Shown: in pieces, positions 20,781-30,543 of the stretch | How positions within the stretch are numbered: the stretch's first letter is position 1 | Layout: each line of letters begins with the position of its first letter | Program-made: the position numbers and the translations under genes | The notes under the pieces: generated by a model | The model's database searches: none | Told to the model about the DNA's origin: nothing | Seen by the model: only the letters and a program-made list of their open reading frames with translations | Source: a virus | Virus record (IMG/VR): IMGVR_UViG_3300021197_001928 | Location: 31,830 to 95,829 of that record | Direction: 5' to 3' (one strand) | DNA: 64,000 bases

Positions 20781-21737
20781 TCAAGTTATAAATACTGAAT
20801 TGCTTACGATTGACTTGGCTCCCTTAAGTATCTCCAAATCATCTAAATAATTCATTTTTCTTAATTCAGAGTTTATGGAACCAAATATTTGTTCTGTCCA
20901 TTGTCCAATATTTCCAGCGAAATTGGTTGAAAATGGAGGGGATCCGAATGTTAGCACCGACATCATGCCATTAAGAGCCATTAAATTTTCTGCTATGGTT
21001 TGTACGCTTTGATTAAAGTTCTTTAGTTGCTCTTCGACGGTATCCAAGTATTCTATCAAATTATCACCTAAAACTGCGGGCTGTAATAGGTTTTCTGACC
21101 CTGCTACAAGGTCAATCCGTGGTCTAGATAGCTTTCCACCTAGCGTGTTTGTTTCTCCATCTTTCCCTAAACCCTCAACATTTGAGGCGCCGCCACAATA
21201 AATTCTAAACGTTTCCCTTCCAATAATTCTAACATTGTCTGCTTTTATTCCAACGGCAGATTTATTGCTAATTACACCAGATGGTGTCTTGGTGTTTTTC
21301 ATTCCAAAATATTGGTCTATGTTCAGGGATTTTTGTGTTATGTAGATCCTTGCGGCGTCTGTTATGAAATTTGGATTAACGGTTTCTTCTTCTCCGATTG
21401 GCTTTTTACCTTTTGCCATCTCATGAGCAGAATTCAAAGCGCATCTTCCAACTACTAAATCAATCATTCCACATGATGTGTACCCTTGGCCACCACAACC
21501 AGAAACAAGAGAATCGGGCCTATCTCTCCCTAAGACTATAAAGCAGTTATTGTTTGGTTCTCCCGGCTTGGTATACTGTGTTATCACCTTTTCGCACTGG
21601 GCTCTTCTAAAATTGGGAACAGGTTCTCTGACTGTTGTGCAAAAGAGTCCTTCTTCTACACCTAGGTCAATCATTTCCTCAATGTTGTCATCATATTTTA
21701 TCCTTTTAAAAGGAGTAAACTTTGGTATTGTTGGCAT
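20781..21737 (-). CDS. Putative baseplate hub/spike protein (gp5 C-terminal-like)
   Basis: Short beta-strand runs IVLGRDRP, IDLVVGR, DAARIYI, IKADNVRIIGR; lies between the M23 gene and the wedge genes. Confidence 0.5.
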   Translation of the reverse strand: MPTIPKFTPFKRIKYDDNIEEMIDLGVEEGLFCTTVREPVPNFRRAQCEKVITQYTKPGEPNNNCFIVLGRDRPDSLVSGCGGQGYTSCGMIDLVVGRCALNSAHEMAKGKKPIGEEETVNPNFITDAARIYITQKSLNIDQYFGMKNTKTPSGVISNKSAVGIKADNVRIIGRETFRIYCGGASNVEGLGKDGETNTLGGKLSRPRIDLVAGSENLLQPAVLGDNLIEYLDTVEEQLKNFNQSVQTIAENLMALNGMMSVLTFGSPPFSTNFAGNIGQWTEQIFGSINSELRKMNYLDDLEILKGAKSIVSNSVFIT

Positions 21738-21749
21738 ATTTTCCTCTTA

Positions 21750-23075
21750 TTATGGGTCGGTAGATGTTGAAGATGTTGATAATGATGCTGAATTTGGATC
21801 AATTTTCCATCCATGCTTTTCTTTTATTGACCCTCTTTTGTTTGGCCACCCTAAGCTTAACATTGGATTAAGTTTAACGTATTTTCCCTTTGCAAGAATT
21901 TTTAAATTTAAATGCAGGTGACTCCCTGTACTGCCGCCTTCATTTCCTTGGGCGGCGATTGCTTGACCTTGTCTTACAGTCTCTCCAACTTTAACATATG
22001 AACCTCCAACATGTCCATATTCAGCAATAATTGTTTGAGATGAGCCATCTAGAGCCGTCACTTTACTCCTTATACGAACCCATGCACCAAATCCACCAAC
22101 CTTTGATCCATCAATTGATGTGCCTCTAGAATCTATAACGTCTCCCGCAAAAAGACTATATAATGGGCCTAGGTGAGGACCAACATCAAAATCAACTCCA
22201 CCATGTCCCGATAAAGCTGCGCCGCCAAATGGATCAGGTCGTGACCCCATTACAGAAGTTACATAAGTCTCTTTAGGGTTGCCTATAAAAGAAGAGTTAG
22301 GAAACATTGTGCTTTTATTCAAACTATTATCCCAGAGAGGTAAGATTCTGATGTCTTGGTCCGGAGGCACTGGAGGGTTTGGTGGTAGCCTATACACTGG
22401 CTTTCCTGCATCGTTAAGAATGCCGGGCACAGGTTTTGGATCTGGTCCTGAATTATAGGCTGTCCAGAGTGACATATCATAACCCGGTGTTCCAAATGCG
22501 CCGGCACCTGAAAATCCCGGCACAAGTCCGTCTTGTAACCCAAGGCCTCCTCCGGCTTCGTAACACCCCTTACCTTTTCTAGATAGTTGGTTTGACTTCA
22601 CATCTGGTAATAAAGTAAATTCGGCACCTCTTGTTTTGCCACCTTGCTTTGGTGCTCCCCCCGGAAAGCTAACTAAAACCTGTATATTGGTGAGAGTGCT
22701 TGGTACATTTATATCCATCCCTGCCTGTTGTAATTCACTGCTGAAAAAAGTAGAAATAGCAGTTGTGTGGCTAAATGCTAATATTGCATCTTGTTTTTTT
22801 GAAAACTTTCTCGCATTACCTGTGTCATCTGAACACCTGTTTGCGGGGATATGATGACCATGAAGCTCTGGTATTCTTATTGTTGCTATGATTTTGTCTC
22901 CCTTATCCGTCTTTACAGCCTGCCAAGATATTATAGATCCAAGATACGGACCCTCTTTTAAGTCTGAACTGTCTTCGATAACCAAATCATTTAACTCTTC
23001 ATTTTGCATTTGAAGTCTTGTTTTATAATCCGACAAATCATAAGCGTTTGCTGTTTTATTATATTTATAACTCAC
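21750..23075 (-). CDS. M23 family peptidoglycan endopeptidase, probably baseplate-associated
   Basis: Zinc motifs HGGVD (HxxxD), AEYGH and GNEGGSTGSHLH (HxH) at the C-terminus. N-terminal IRIPELH resembles the gp5 OB-fold region. Confidence 0.85.
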   Translation of the reverse strand: MSYKYNKTANAYDLSDYKTRLQMQNEELNDLVIEDSSDLKEGPYLGSIISWQAVKTDKGDKIIATIRIPELHGHHIPANRCSDDTGNARKFSKKQDAILAFSHTTAISTFFSSELQQAGMDINVPSTLTNIQVLVSFPGGAPKQGGKTRGAEFTLLPDVKSNQLSRKGKGCYEAGGGLGLQDGLVPGFSGAGAFGTPGYDMSLWTAYNSGPDPKPVPGILNDAGKPVYRLPPNPPVPPDQDIRILPLWDNSLNKSTMFPNSSFIGNPKETYVTSVMGSRPDPFGGAALSGHGGVDFDVGPHLGPLYSLFAGDVIDSRGTSIDGSKVGGFGAWVRIRSKVTALDGSSQTIIAEYGHVGGSYVKVGETVRQGQAIAAQGNEGGSTGSHLHLNLKILAKGKYVKLNPMLSLGWPNKRGSIKEKHGWKIDPNSASLSTSSTSTDP

Positions 23076-23362
23076 TCATCACTCTCCGATGAAATTGCAT
23101 TGTAAATGTCTTCCATATCTTTCTTACTAAGACCTTCGCTGTTTTTATCTTTTGAAACCATTCCAGCAATCTTAACCAATTGTTCATTGGAACGCTGTAA
23201 GGTTTCAACGTATTTAGACATAACCAAGCCAACCTCTTTGTGTCTGGATTCATCTTTGGATAGCCACTTAATTGCATCATCTAGCAATTCACGTGTTATT
23301 TTACGATCATTGCGAATGTTATCAAGAACCTCATCAATATATTTATCTAACTTTTTACTCAT
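23072..23362 (-). CDS. Hypothetical helical protein
   Basis: 96 aa, ATGA overlap with the M23 gene, preceded by CTATTTA. Confidence 0.7.
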   Translation of the reverse strand: MSKKLDKYIDEVLDNIRNDRKITRELLDDAIKWLSKDESRHKEVGLVMSKYVETLQRSNEQLVKIAGMVSKDKNSEGLSKKDMEDIYNAISSESDE

Positions 23363-23369
23363 ATCACCC

Positions 23370-23376
23370 TAAATAG
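23370..23376 (-). promoter_or_regulatory. Putative late promoter motif CTATTTA heading the baseplate operon
   Basis: Sense-strand motif in the 21-nt gap between the sigma gene and the first gene of the structural run. Confidence 0.55.
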
Positions 23377-23383
23377 AAATTAA

Positions 23384-24070
23384 TCAAATTTTACCCTTAT
23401 CCCAGTCGTCCTTAAAGAGCCTATATTTTTTTCTGAATTTGTTTAGCTGGCATACAATCTGCTTTGTATTCATTCCTGTTATTTCACGAAGGTAAAGATA
23501 TATAGCCTTTTTGTTGAAAATCTCAATCTTTTCAACAGATCCTAGGATCTCCCTGATTGCAAAATAAACTTTCTTTTCATTATCTTTCATATCATCAGTG
23601 CCCCAGCCATCCATCTCAAGCCACAATTTAAGCCAAAAGTCTTCTTTTTCCTTGTCTTCATGATAAGGATTAAAACAAACAATCTTAGAAGGATCAACTT
23701 CATTGAGAGCCTTTTCATAGTCGACTTCTCTTTGGTTTCTTTTTGTGGTCTTCTTTACTTGATGAATAAACCAGTTCTTGGTTATAACGCTAAAATAAGA
23801 AAAGGCCTTTGAACCTTTCTTTGGGTCGTATTTCTCTAGTATTGTTGTCAACCAGACTTTACACTCACACCTTAGCTCATCAACATTTGGCAGTGTAGTA
23901 AATTTATAGGTAAAGACAATTTTATCAACCATCTGGTCAAAGGCTGGTTGTATCCATCTAACATATAAATCTGTTCTTATTTTGTTGCAATCTGTTTGCG
24001 TGTAATCAATTATTGCTTGTTCGTGTTCCTGCGTAAAATACATTTTCTTGGTCGATTTTCTTCGTGGCAT
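23384..24070 (-). CDS. Phage late-transcription sigma factor (T4 gp55-like)
   Basis: KYDPKKGSKAFSYFSVITKNWFI resembles the gp55/sigma region-2 F.YF..I..N.F motif; 228 aa. Confidence 0.75.
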   Translation of the reverse strand: MPRRKSTKKMYFTQEHEQAIIDYTQTDCNKIRTDLYVRWIQPAFDQMVDKIVFTYKFTTLPNVDELRCECKVWLTTILEKYDPKKGSKAFSYFSVITKNWFIHQVKKTTKRNQREVDYEKALNEVDPSKIVCFNPYHEDKEKEDFWLKLWLEMDGWGTDDMKDNEKKVYFAIREILGSVEKIEIFNKKAIYLYLREITGMNTKQIVCQLNKFRKKYRLFKDDWDKGKI

Positions 24071-24422
24071 CTTTTATATTTTCCTCTTGGTTTTCTTCTA
24101 ATTCTTCTACTTTGTCTTCCGGATTTTCATCTGGTGGTACTGCTATCTCATAAATGTCTTCGTACTCTTCTAAAACTTCATGAAGGCTAGTTGTGTGCTT
24201 CATAAGGTGCTCCAGAGTCTCGTCTCCATAAAACATTTCCATACTGTATATTGTTTTTATGTGGTTTCTATAACTTGCTATCATTTGGGCTAAATCGCTC
24301 AGATTTTCGCCTACAAAAAATAGCTTACCCAATAGTGAACGAATGTAATAAAGAGCTAATAAATTAGCACTCACGGACGTTAAAAGGGCTAATATAAGCC
24401 AGAATGTTAAATCAATCTTCAT
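24006..24422 (-). CDS. Membrane-anchored hypothetical protein
   Basis: N-terminal hydrophobic segment FWLILALLTSVSANLLALYYI and an acidic C-terminus. Confidence 0.65.
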   Translation of the reverse strand: MKIDLTFWLILALLTSVSANLLALYYIRSLLGKLFFVGENLSDLAQMIASYRNHIKTIYSMEMFYGDETLEHLMKHTTSLHEVLEEYEDIYEIAVPPDENPEDKVEELEENQEENIKDATKKIDQENVFYAGTRTSNN

Positions 24423-24669
24423 AAATTTGGCTCCTTGCTTCTTTTTTCATATTTTTAAGAAGCTCTTGATTTTGTTTGATATAATCGTTCGTAATATCTC
24501 CAGTTGCCTGCTTGTCAGTTGCAACTTCCTTTATGGATGGAATTTGTGGTACCCTAATTAAGTGATCTTCTATATTACAAAGATCACACTTGAGTTGGCT
24601 ATCTCTCATTCCATGCCACACTTGAAAGTGCCCCTCACAAGACAGGCAACGATATACATACCTTGGCAT
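24412..24669 (-). CDS. FmdB-family zinc-ribbon protein
   Basis: MPRYVYRCLSC...CDLC. Confidence 0.8.
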   Translation of the reverse strand: MPRYVYRCLSCEGHFQVWHGMRDSQLKCDLCNIEDHLIRVPQIPSIKEVATDKQATGDITNDYIKQNQELLKNMKKEARSQIYED

Positions 24670-24884
24670 TAACTTGTAACAACTCGGCTTGTTTCAGTGG
24701 TAGTGGTTACTGGTGATCCCTCTCCTTTGACTAAAGGCGGATTCATTACAACCAACTGTCCGGCGTCGTCGATTTGTACATTGAAGCCCTGAAGAACGGG
24801 AACAATATCGGCCTGTTCCATCAGGGATTTTTGCAGAGCCATCATTACGGCTCCAATTGCTTGATTTGATAATTTATAATTCAT
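24669..24884 (-). CDS. Hypothetical protein
   Basis: 71 aa, AGGAG RBS, coupled to neighbours. Confidence 0.7.
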   Translation of the reverse strand: MNYKLSNQAIGAVMMALQKSLMEQADIVPVLQGFNVQIDDAGQLVVMNPPLVKGEGSPVTTTTETSRVVTS

Positions 24885-24893
24885 TTTTAGCTC

Positions 24894-25844
24894 CTACCAT
24901 TTAAAATTATTCTTATAATATTCAACGATTTTTATAAGTTCTTCGTCAAATTTCTTTTTTGGGCTCCAACCTAAACGTCTTAATTTATTATCATTAAGAG
25001 CGTATCTTACGTCTTGCCCTTCTCTTTTGTATTCGAGATTTAAATTGTTTATGTAATCCTTGTCTGTTCCTTTAAAACACTTTATTATTTTTCTAGCTGT
25101 TTCTATATTTTTCTGCTCGAATCCGCCTGCAACATTATAAATTTCATTAACTGTTCCGGATTCAATTATCTTGACCACTGCTGATGCTGTATCATCTGCG
25201 TGGAGCCAATTGCGTATTGGGTCTCCTTTATCGTGTAACCTTATTTTTTTCCCTCTCATTAGGTGTTTTACACAAATGGGAATAAGTTTTTCAGGATATT
25301 GCCCTATACCATAATTGTTTGTCGGTCTCAATATGACATATTTTATATTGTAAGTACGGGCCCAAGCAAAAATTAACATATCAGAAGATGCCTTTGAAGC
25401 AGAATACGGGTTAGAGGGTTTGAGAATGTCAGTCTCAACGTGCTCACCATTAGCTATATCACCATACACCTCATCTGTACTGAAGTGAAAAAAGACTGGT
25501 TGATCGTCTACGTTTTTTGGCTTTTTTCTGATTAGATCCAATATATTTTTAACTCCAACGACATTTGAATGTATGAAATCTTCTGATTCAATTATGCTGT
25601 TTCCTACGTGTGATTCTGCCGCTATATTGATTATGTAGTCACAATCAGGTATATACTTTATCTTGGCGATATCTTTTTTGACAAAGGTAAAGTTTTTATG
25701 TTTCACAAATTCATCTAAAAAATTTAGATTCGCAGCATAAGTGCATTTGTCGATGCCATAAACTTTCCAACCTTTCTCTAAGCACTGTCTGGTTACATAA
25801 GAACCAATAAGGCCCAAGCAGCCAGTTATTACAACTAATTTCAT
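24894..25844 (-). CDS. rfbB: dTDP-glucose 4,6-dehydratase (extended SDR)
   Basis: TGCLGLIG Rossmann motif, DKCTYAAN, AAESHV, STDEVYG, PYSASKA, NNYG.GQYPEKLIP, R.GQDVRYA. Confidence 0.9.
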   Translation of the reverse strand: MKLVVITGCLGLIGSYVTRQCLEKGWKVYGIDKCTYAANLNFLDEFVKHKNFTFVKKDIAKIKYIPDCDYIINIAAESHVGNSIIESEDFIHSNVVGVKNILDLIRKKPKNVDDQPVFFHFSTDEVYGDIANGEHVETDILKPSNPYSASKASSDMLIFAWARTYNIKYVILRPTNNYGIGQYPEKLIPICVKHLMRGKKIRLHDKGDPIRNWLHADDTASAVVKIIESGTVNEIYNVAGGFEQKNIETARKIIKCFKGTDKDYINNLNLEYKREGQDVRYALNDNKLRRLGWSPKKKFDEELIKIVEYYKNNFKW

Positions 25845-26275
25845 TATAATTCTCCAACAAAGTCACTACATATTCCGGCGATATCCATATTGTAGTAATA
25901 TTCAGTCTCTTCTTTGGTATGACAAACAATAACACTATTTTTGGTAACAGGTTTTTTTGGAAAAGTCCAAATAAAACCCTCGCTAGTTATTGTAAAGTCA
26001 TCTGTTTGGTGCCAGAAACAGTGCACGTTGTTATCTAACATGTATTGTAGGGCGTCTAGGTTTTTAGCGTGGCACCAGAAATTTTCATTTTTTAAGAACT
26101 CTAAGGATACCTTATATTTTGGCTCGTCATGTCCAAGAAACAATTCATTATTTATCAGCCAAACATCAATTTCCACATGAAATCCAGAGTTTGATAAATT
26201 AGTCAATACATCTGGTTTGTTTTCTATGTATGGATCTGTCCCGGTTGTGTTTCCCCGGTGTGATATTAAAAACAT
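25844..26275 (-). CDS. Glycerophosphodiester phosphodiesterase/PLC-like protein
   Basis: ISHRGN...EN...VEIDVW...LGHD...WCHAKN...GICSD. Confidence 0.7.
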   Translation of the reverse strand: MFLISHRGNTTGTDPYIENKPDVLTNLSNSGFHVEIDVWLINNELFLGHDEPKYKVSLEFLKNENFWCHAKNLDALQYMLDNNVHCFWHQTDDFTITSEGFIWTFPKKPVTKNSVIVCHTKEETEYYYNMDIAGICSDFVGEL

Positions 26276-26961
26276 TAAAATCCTCCATAATACGGATAAC
26301 CATTTGCTTTACCCCATAAGTGTTTCAGGCTGAATGGTCCTGCTTTAGTTTTACTTTGGAAGTCCCAATTATTTTCAAGAGTATACCATTCAATAGCAGA
26401 AGGGCTTATATAATGAGCATTTTTATTTAAATATTCTTTGGCACTGTTGTCTAATTGTGCTGCGTTATCAAACAAATTATACAATCCACTTTTATTGTGG
26501 TCCCAAGGTTTGCAAGACCATAGATCAAGCATCAGCTTTGTATTCCCAAACATCAGAAGGTCTCCAATCATATTTTTTTGCATACAGGTCTGTTCTGTTA
26601 GGATTAGTTTGTGGTGATTTAATAAATTATACAATAACTTCTCATTACCTATGATATCACAGTATCTTAACTTTACAGATTTATTTATATTATTCTTCAA
26701 TAATATTTCATATGACTTTATGCACATTCTTGGGTGTCCACGTCCTATTTGTTGGTTGTCAATGTCCTTTTCCCAATATAAATCATCAATCTTATCTAAA
26801 ATTCTTTTTGGCGGGGACGTGCCATGACCAGACAGTACAATAAAGAAATCTTCATAAAAATTATCAAAATGTTTAATAGCGTATTCGAGCATATTAAATT
26901 TATACATTTCATTTGATCTTGTGTGTATGTGGCTGAATATAAGCCCTGTTTTATTTTTCAT
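26275..26961 (-). CDS. Hypothetical protein, glycosyltransferase-like
   Basis: In the sugar cluster; KLRYCD and GDLLMFG motifs. Start refined to MKNKTG. Confidence 0.45.
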   Translation of the reverse strand: MKNKTGLIFSHIHTRSNEMYKFNMLEYAIKHFDNFYEDFFIVLSGHGTSPPKRILDKIDDLYWEKDIDNQQIGRGHPRMCIKSYEILLKNNINKSVKLRYCDIIGNEKLLYNLLNHHKLILTEQTCMQKNMIGDLLMFGNTKLMLDLWSCKPWDHNKSGLYNLFDNAAQLDNSAKEYLNKNAHYISPSAIEWYTLENNWDFQSKTKAGPFSLKHLWGKANGYPYYGGF

Positions 26962-27523
26962 ATTTAAACCTTTCAAAATCCTCTTTGTAGAAGTTGATTA
27001 TTATCTGCTTCATCTCGTGATCGAAAAATCTTGGATCATCTGGTCTTCTGCTTGACCACCTCTCTTTCTTAAGAGGTTTATTTTCAATACCAATGATGCC
27101 TTCTATTTTGGCAAAATCTGCTTGTAGCGATTCAAATCTTCCAACAAAATCAACACCGATATCATCATTTATTTTAATATATTCTGACTGGGGTCGTAAA
27201 TGAATATATTGCGAGTATTCGCTGTTTTTTAAATCTAATATAAACTCTCTAAAATTTCTTTTCTTCTTCAATTCGGTGGCCCAATCGTGCCCATCGTATT
27301 TTAGATTTATATATGTACTGTATACCCGATCATATGGGTTTCTAACAAAAGCAAACTTAAAATATTCTTTAGCAACTGGATGCTTATATACAATGTCTTT
27401 TAAGAACATATGGTATTTATGAGGAGGCGGGTCTATGTGGTAACCGAACCTTCGACTGATTGAGGTCGAGGCGCACTTTGCAATACACACAAAGATAAAT
27501 TTATTATCATGATCAACAATCAT
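26951..27523 (-). CDS. Sulfotransferase (Sulfotransfer_2-like)
   Basis: PAPS-binding-like motifs IAKCASTS and FVRNPYDRVYS, plus HLRPQ, FVGRFESL and YKEDFERF. TAATG coupling at 27523. Confidence 0.85.
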   Translation of the reverse strand: MIVDHDNKFIFVCIAKCASTSISRRFGYHIDPPPHKYHMFLKDIVYKHPVAKEYFKFAFVRNPYDRVYSTYINLKYDGHDWATELKKKRNFREFILDLKNSEYSQYIHLRPQSEYIKINDDIGVDFVGRFESLQADFAKIEGIIGIENKPLKKERWSSRRPDDPRFFDHEMKQIIINFYKEDFERFKYEK

Positions 27524-28260
27524 TAGAGATCCTCTTTTCTTTTTGTGGGCCAATTAAATCTATTGTCTGATGAATATGTTCTTCCGCCATGCACCCAACG
27601 TGCTTGATAATCGCCCAATTCATTAATATCTACAATATCAAAATTATCAATAAAGGTGCTTTTTAGTTCCCAGTTGTTAGTAATTTTTTTTGCATTTAGA
27701 AAACTTTTAGCCAATATATTCTCCGCTGTCTGTCTTGGTGGAAACCCTTGTATTAGCCATGGATTTTTAAACAAGTTTGCGCCGGTTGTATAAGAATCAT
27801 ATAAAAAATCATAACCTTTACGCAAATATTCTGTCTTTGCAACAAAGAGGTGATCCCCAATATGATATGGAGAGTGGGACCATGGTTTTGCGAATATATT
27901 ACCAAAAACAAATTTCTCATCATCTTGCCGGAATACTTCTTTTAATTCGGAAAAATCGGAATAAAATTCGTCACTTCTCATTTTTATAGTATATTTTGAT
28001 TTGCTATTTTTTATCCCCATCAGGGTTGAGCAAATTGAATAATAAAATGTACTGTCTTTCATAACGCCAAAAGTTTTTTCTCTGTTTGGTGTTTCCTGAG
28101 ATACCAGAAGGGTGTTTTTTGACCTGATTCGTTTCCTTAAATCGCTATCGTCCTCATTCCAATGTGAAACAATCACATTTTCAAACTGATTTGATATTGC
28201 ATCAATAGAATTTATTGAAGCTTCATTTAAAGGGCCCTGAATTACTAAATTAAATTCCAT
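27523..28260 (-). CDS. WavE-like polysaccharide synthesis protein
   Basis: LVIQGP, VIVSHW, TIKMRSD and GDHLF motifs. Confidence 0.6.
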   Translation of the reverse strand: MEFNLVIQGPLNEASINSIDAISNQFENVIVSHWNEDDSDLRKRIRSKNTLLVSQETPNREKTFGVMKDSTFYYSICSTLMGIKNSKSKYTIKMRSDEFYSDFSELKEVFRQDDEKFVFGNIFAKPWSHSPYHIGDHLFVAKTEYLRKGYDFLYDSYTTGANLFKNPWLIQGFPPRQTAENILAKSFLNAKKITNNWELKSTFIDNFDIVDINELGDYQARWVHGGRTYSSDNRFNWPTKRKEDL

Positions 28261-28262
28261 AA

Positions 28263-28742
28263 CTACCTCTTTAAATTAACATAATATGGCACCTTTGTAT
28301 TTATTATGTTTTGAAACTCTACTTCGAGTTCTTGTTCATTTGGCCACATCTTTTTCATATTATGAAAGCCAGAAAGGTGCTCTCTGTCATCAGTGGCCCA
28401 GTGTGAAAACCCGGCTGCTCCATAATCCTTATCTCTACCGGCTGCTGCTAGTATTACTGGGATTTTTTCATGGTCTATAAATGTTCTTATGACCTCAAAA
28501 GGCCGATATAACAGAAACGGGGTCATTGAGTAACACACAGGAATCTTTCCTTCCATCGCCATTCCGCAGGCCATTCCTAAAAGAAGCATCTCTGCTGCTC
28601 CGGGATTAAACACACGATCGGGAAATTCTTCTCTAATTGCGTCAAAGTGGCCATAGCCTAGGTCACCTATCACAAACATAATATCTTCGTTTTTCCTCAT
28701 CTCTCCATGAAGAAGTTTTACAAATGTCTTTCTAACGCTCAT
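28263..28742 (-). CDS. Transketolase-like pyrimidine-binding subunit (short)
   Basis: IGDLGYG, RVFNPGAAE, GMAMEG.IPVCYS, RPFEVIR, GFSHWA; 159 aa with no C-terminal domain. Confidence 0.85.
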   Translation of the reverse strand: MSVRKTFVKLLHGEMRKNEDIMFVIGDLGYGHFDAIREEFPDRVFNPGAAEMLLLGMACGMAMEGKIPVCYSMTPFLLYRPFEVIRTFIDHEKIPVILAAAGRDKDYGAAGFSHWATDDREHLSGFHNMKKMWPNEQELEVEFQNIINTKVPYYVNLKR

Positions 28743-29379
28743 TGTTCAATACCTCCAATGCTTCTTTATATTGTTCATCGTTAATCTTAATATAGTGAGC
28801 ATCAAGCCCCCAAAGGAAAGAGAAAGGAAAAGTTTGAGCCTCTGTTCTGTGGAAGTGAATCCTTGGTAAAAAAGCCTTGCATCTTCTTTCTAAGTAATCA
28901 ACGTCCATTTCATCGTAACACGCATACCCATTAGCATTAACATGAACTTCAATATTCTCAACGTTCATCTCTTCTATATATCGCAAAGCTTCCCATACAG
29001 AACCCTCAGTCGACTCACCATCACTAATCATAGTGTGAACAGTGATTTTTGGATTTGCAACCGCTCTACCTACTGCCATCATAATTCCCATTCCTAAACT
29101 ACCAGCAGAGCAATAAATATGATTATGTTCGTCTCTATTGGGGTGACCACCGTGCTTATTGACTAATTCATCTGCGTCAACGTGAGTGTGGTATTTTTCT
29201 AAAACACTGTATAGGGCATATGCGGCATGGCCGTTGGATAGCACAAATATGTCGTCTTTGGCTTTACTAGCAAATATATTGTCAATTATGTCAATACAAG
29301 AAAAGCAGCTTCCAACATGTTCTTCATTGTGCTCATATAGCAGTTTCAATAATCTTTTATGTAAATTTATATCTTTCAT
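28732..29379 (-). CDS. Transketolase-like TPP-binding N-terminal subunit
   Basis: HVGSCFS, FVLSNGHA, GSLGMG, SDGESTEGSVWEA...NAN. Confidence 0.88.
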   Translation of the reverse strand: MKDINLHKRLLKLLYEHNEEHVGSCFSCIDIIDNIFASKAKDDIFVLSNGHAAYALYSVLEKYHTHVDADELVNKHGGHPNRDEHNHIYCSAGSLGMGIMMAVGRAVANPKITVHTMISDGESTEGSVWEALRYIEEMNVENIEVHVNANGYACYDEMDVDYLERRCKAFLPRIHFHRTEAQTFPFSFLWGLDAHYIKINDEQYKEALEVLNNER

Positions 29380-29382
29380 ACA

Positions 29383-30543
29383 TTATCCTATAGTTTTCTT
29401 CATTCTGGTCATGTGCCTGCCGCCATCGAAAGTTGATTTCTTCCAGATTTTTATCATCTGGTCTAGTTCCTCTTCAGAGACATATTTTTCTGGTATTGTG
29501 AAGAAATTTGCACAGTTATGCCTAATTGCATATTCAGCCATATATTCATCTATGACTAAAGCAGACCTGATTCCTTCTAGATGATTTGCTAAAATATTAA
29601 CTCCCTGACCAGTTCGACAAAAGCCCATTGCGAAATCACAGACCTTGTTTTTTATAGAGTCAACTGCTGCGACTACATACTCGTTATAATCACAATCTTT
29701 CTTAACATATGTACCAAAGTCTATATAAGGTATATTATTAGACTCCAATAATTTTTTTGCTGTTTCTTTCATTTGAAAGCCAGAATGATCACAACAAAGC
29801 GCTACAGGTTTCTCTCCGAATTTGGCTGTTACGTTATCAACAAAAAACTCCAACTCTGCTGGTGTCCCAAGGACGTGCATTTTTTCTACCATGTTAATAC
29901 CAACTTTTAAATTATCTCTAATCATCAAGTTATACATTGGGCAAATATAAAACTCATTCTTTGTGCGAATGTTTTTCGATATCATCTCTTCCGCATACTC
30001 TACGAACATCTTCCCAGTTTTGTAGTAATATACTCCGACGGCTGCGTTTTGACTTATAACTTCTTTTTCTGCTGTTCTTGTTGCTAACCCGGCGGCATCT
30101 AATTCAACATAACTGTGAGCGGGGCTATTTGCCTTAAATGTCAATAAGAAACCATCTAGGTCTTTTGAGACAGAAGCCGGATCAAATTGATTTTCGAAAT
30201 AAACGTCTGGTGTGTAGATAATCAGTGGCAAGTCATTGTTTATATGGTCTTTGGCTAATAAGCAAGTAGACACCGATCCATCAGTGACTCTGTCGATTAT
30301 AACAATCTCTATATCATCTCCAAACTTTTTTCTTAAAATATCATCAATAGAAAAATTGTTTATATGCTCAAGCCTAACTGCGAAGATTACTTTGCACTCA
30401 TCCATATTGATTGAATCCATGGACCAGTCAATAATGTGTTTATCTTTGGACATAATTAATGGCTTGGGCATCGTGTACCCTTCATTTATGAATCTTTGGG
30501 CTCTACCAGCTATCGGTAGAAGTAGGTTATATTTTTTACTCAT
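29383..30543 (-). CDS. Sugar-phosphate nucleotidyltransferase-like domain fused to RpiB/LacAB isomerase
   Basis: N-terminus PIAGRAQRF...PKPLI, AEKEVIS, NEFYICP, LGTPAEL; C-terminus CCDHSG, CRTGQG, HNCAN, FDGGRH. Confidence 0.85.
   Translation of the reverse strand: MSKKYNLLLPIAGRAQRFINEGYTMPKPLIMSKDKHIIDWSMDSINMDECKVIFAVRLEHINNFSIDDILRKKFGDDIEIVIIDRVTDGSVSTCLLAKDHINNDLPLIIYTPDVYFENQFDPASVSKDLDGFLLTFKANSPAHSYVELDAAGLATRTAEKEVISQNAAVGVYYYKTGKMFVEYAEEMISKNIRTKNEFYICPMYNLMIRDNLKVGINMVEKMHVLGTPAELEFFVDNVTAKFGEKPVALCCDHSGFQMKETAKKLLESNNIPYIDFGTYVKKDCDYNEYVVAAVDSIKNKVCDFAMGFCRTGQGVNILANHLEGIRSALVIDEYMAEYAIRHNCANFFTIPEKYVSEEELDQMIKIWKKSTFDGGRHMTRMKKTIG

Noticed and set aside
1-23075. Bacterial contractile injection system (T6SS/eCIS) rather than a phage
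   Set aside because: The gp55-like sigma, PhoH, dense small phage-type ORFs and absence of bacterial housekeeping or T6SS membrane genes favour a large phage genome.
28263-30543. Transketolase and RpiB as pentose-phosphate auxiliary metabolic genes
   Set aside because: They are embedded in a glycan operon, shortened, and fused to a nucleotidyltransferase, so a sugar-biosynthesis role fits better.
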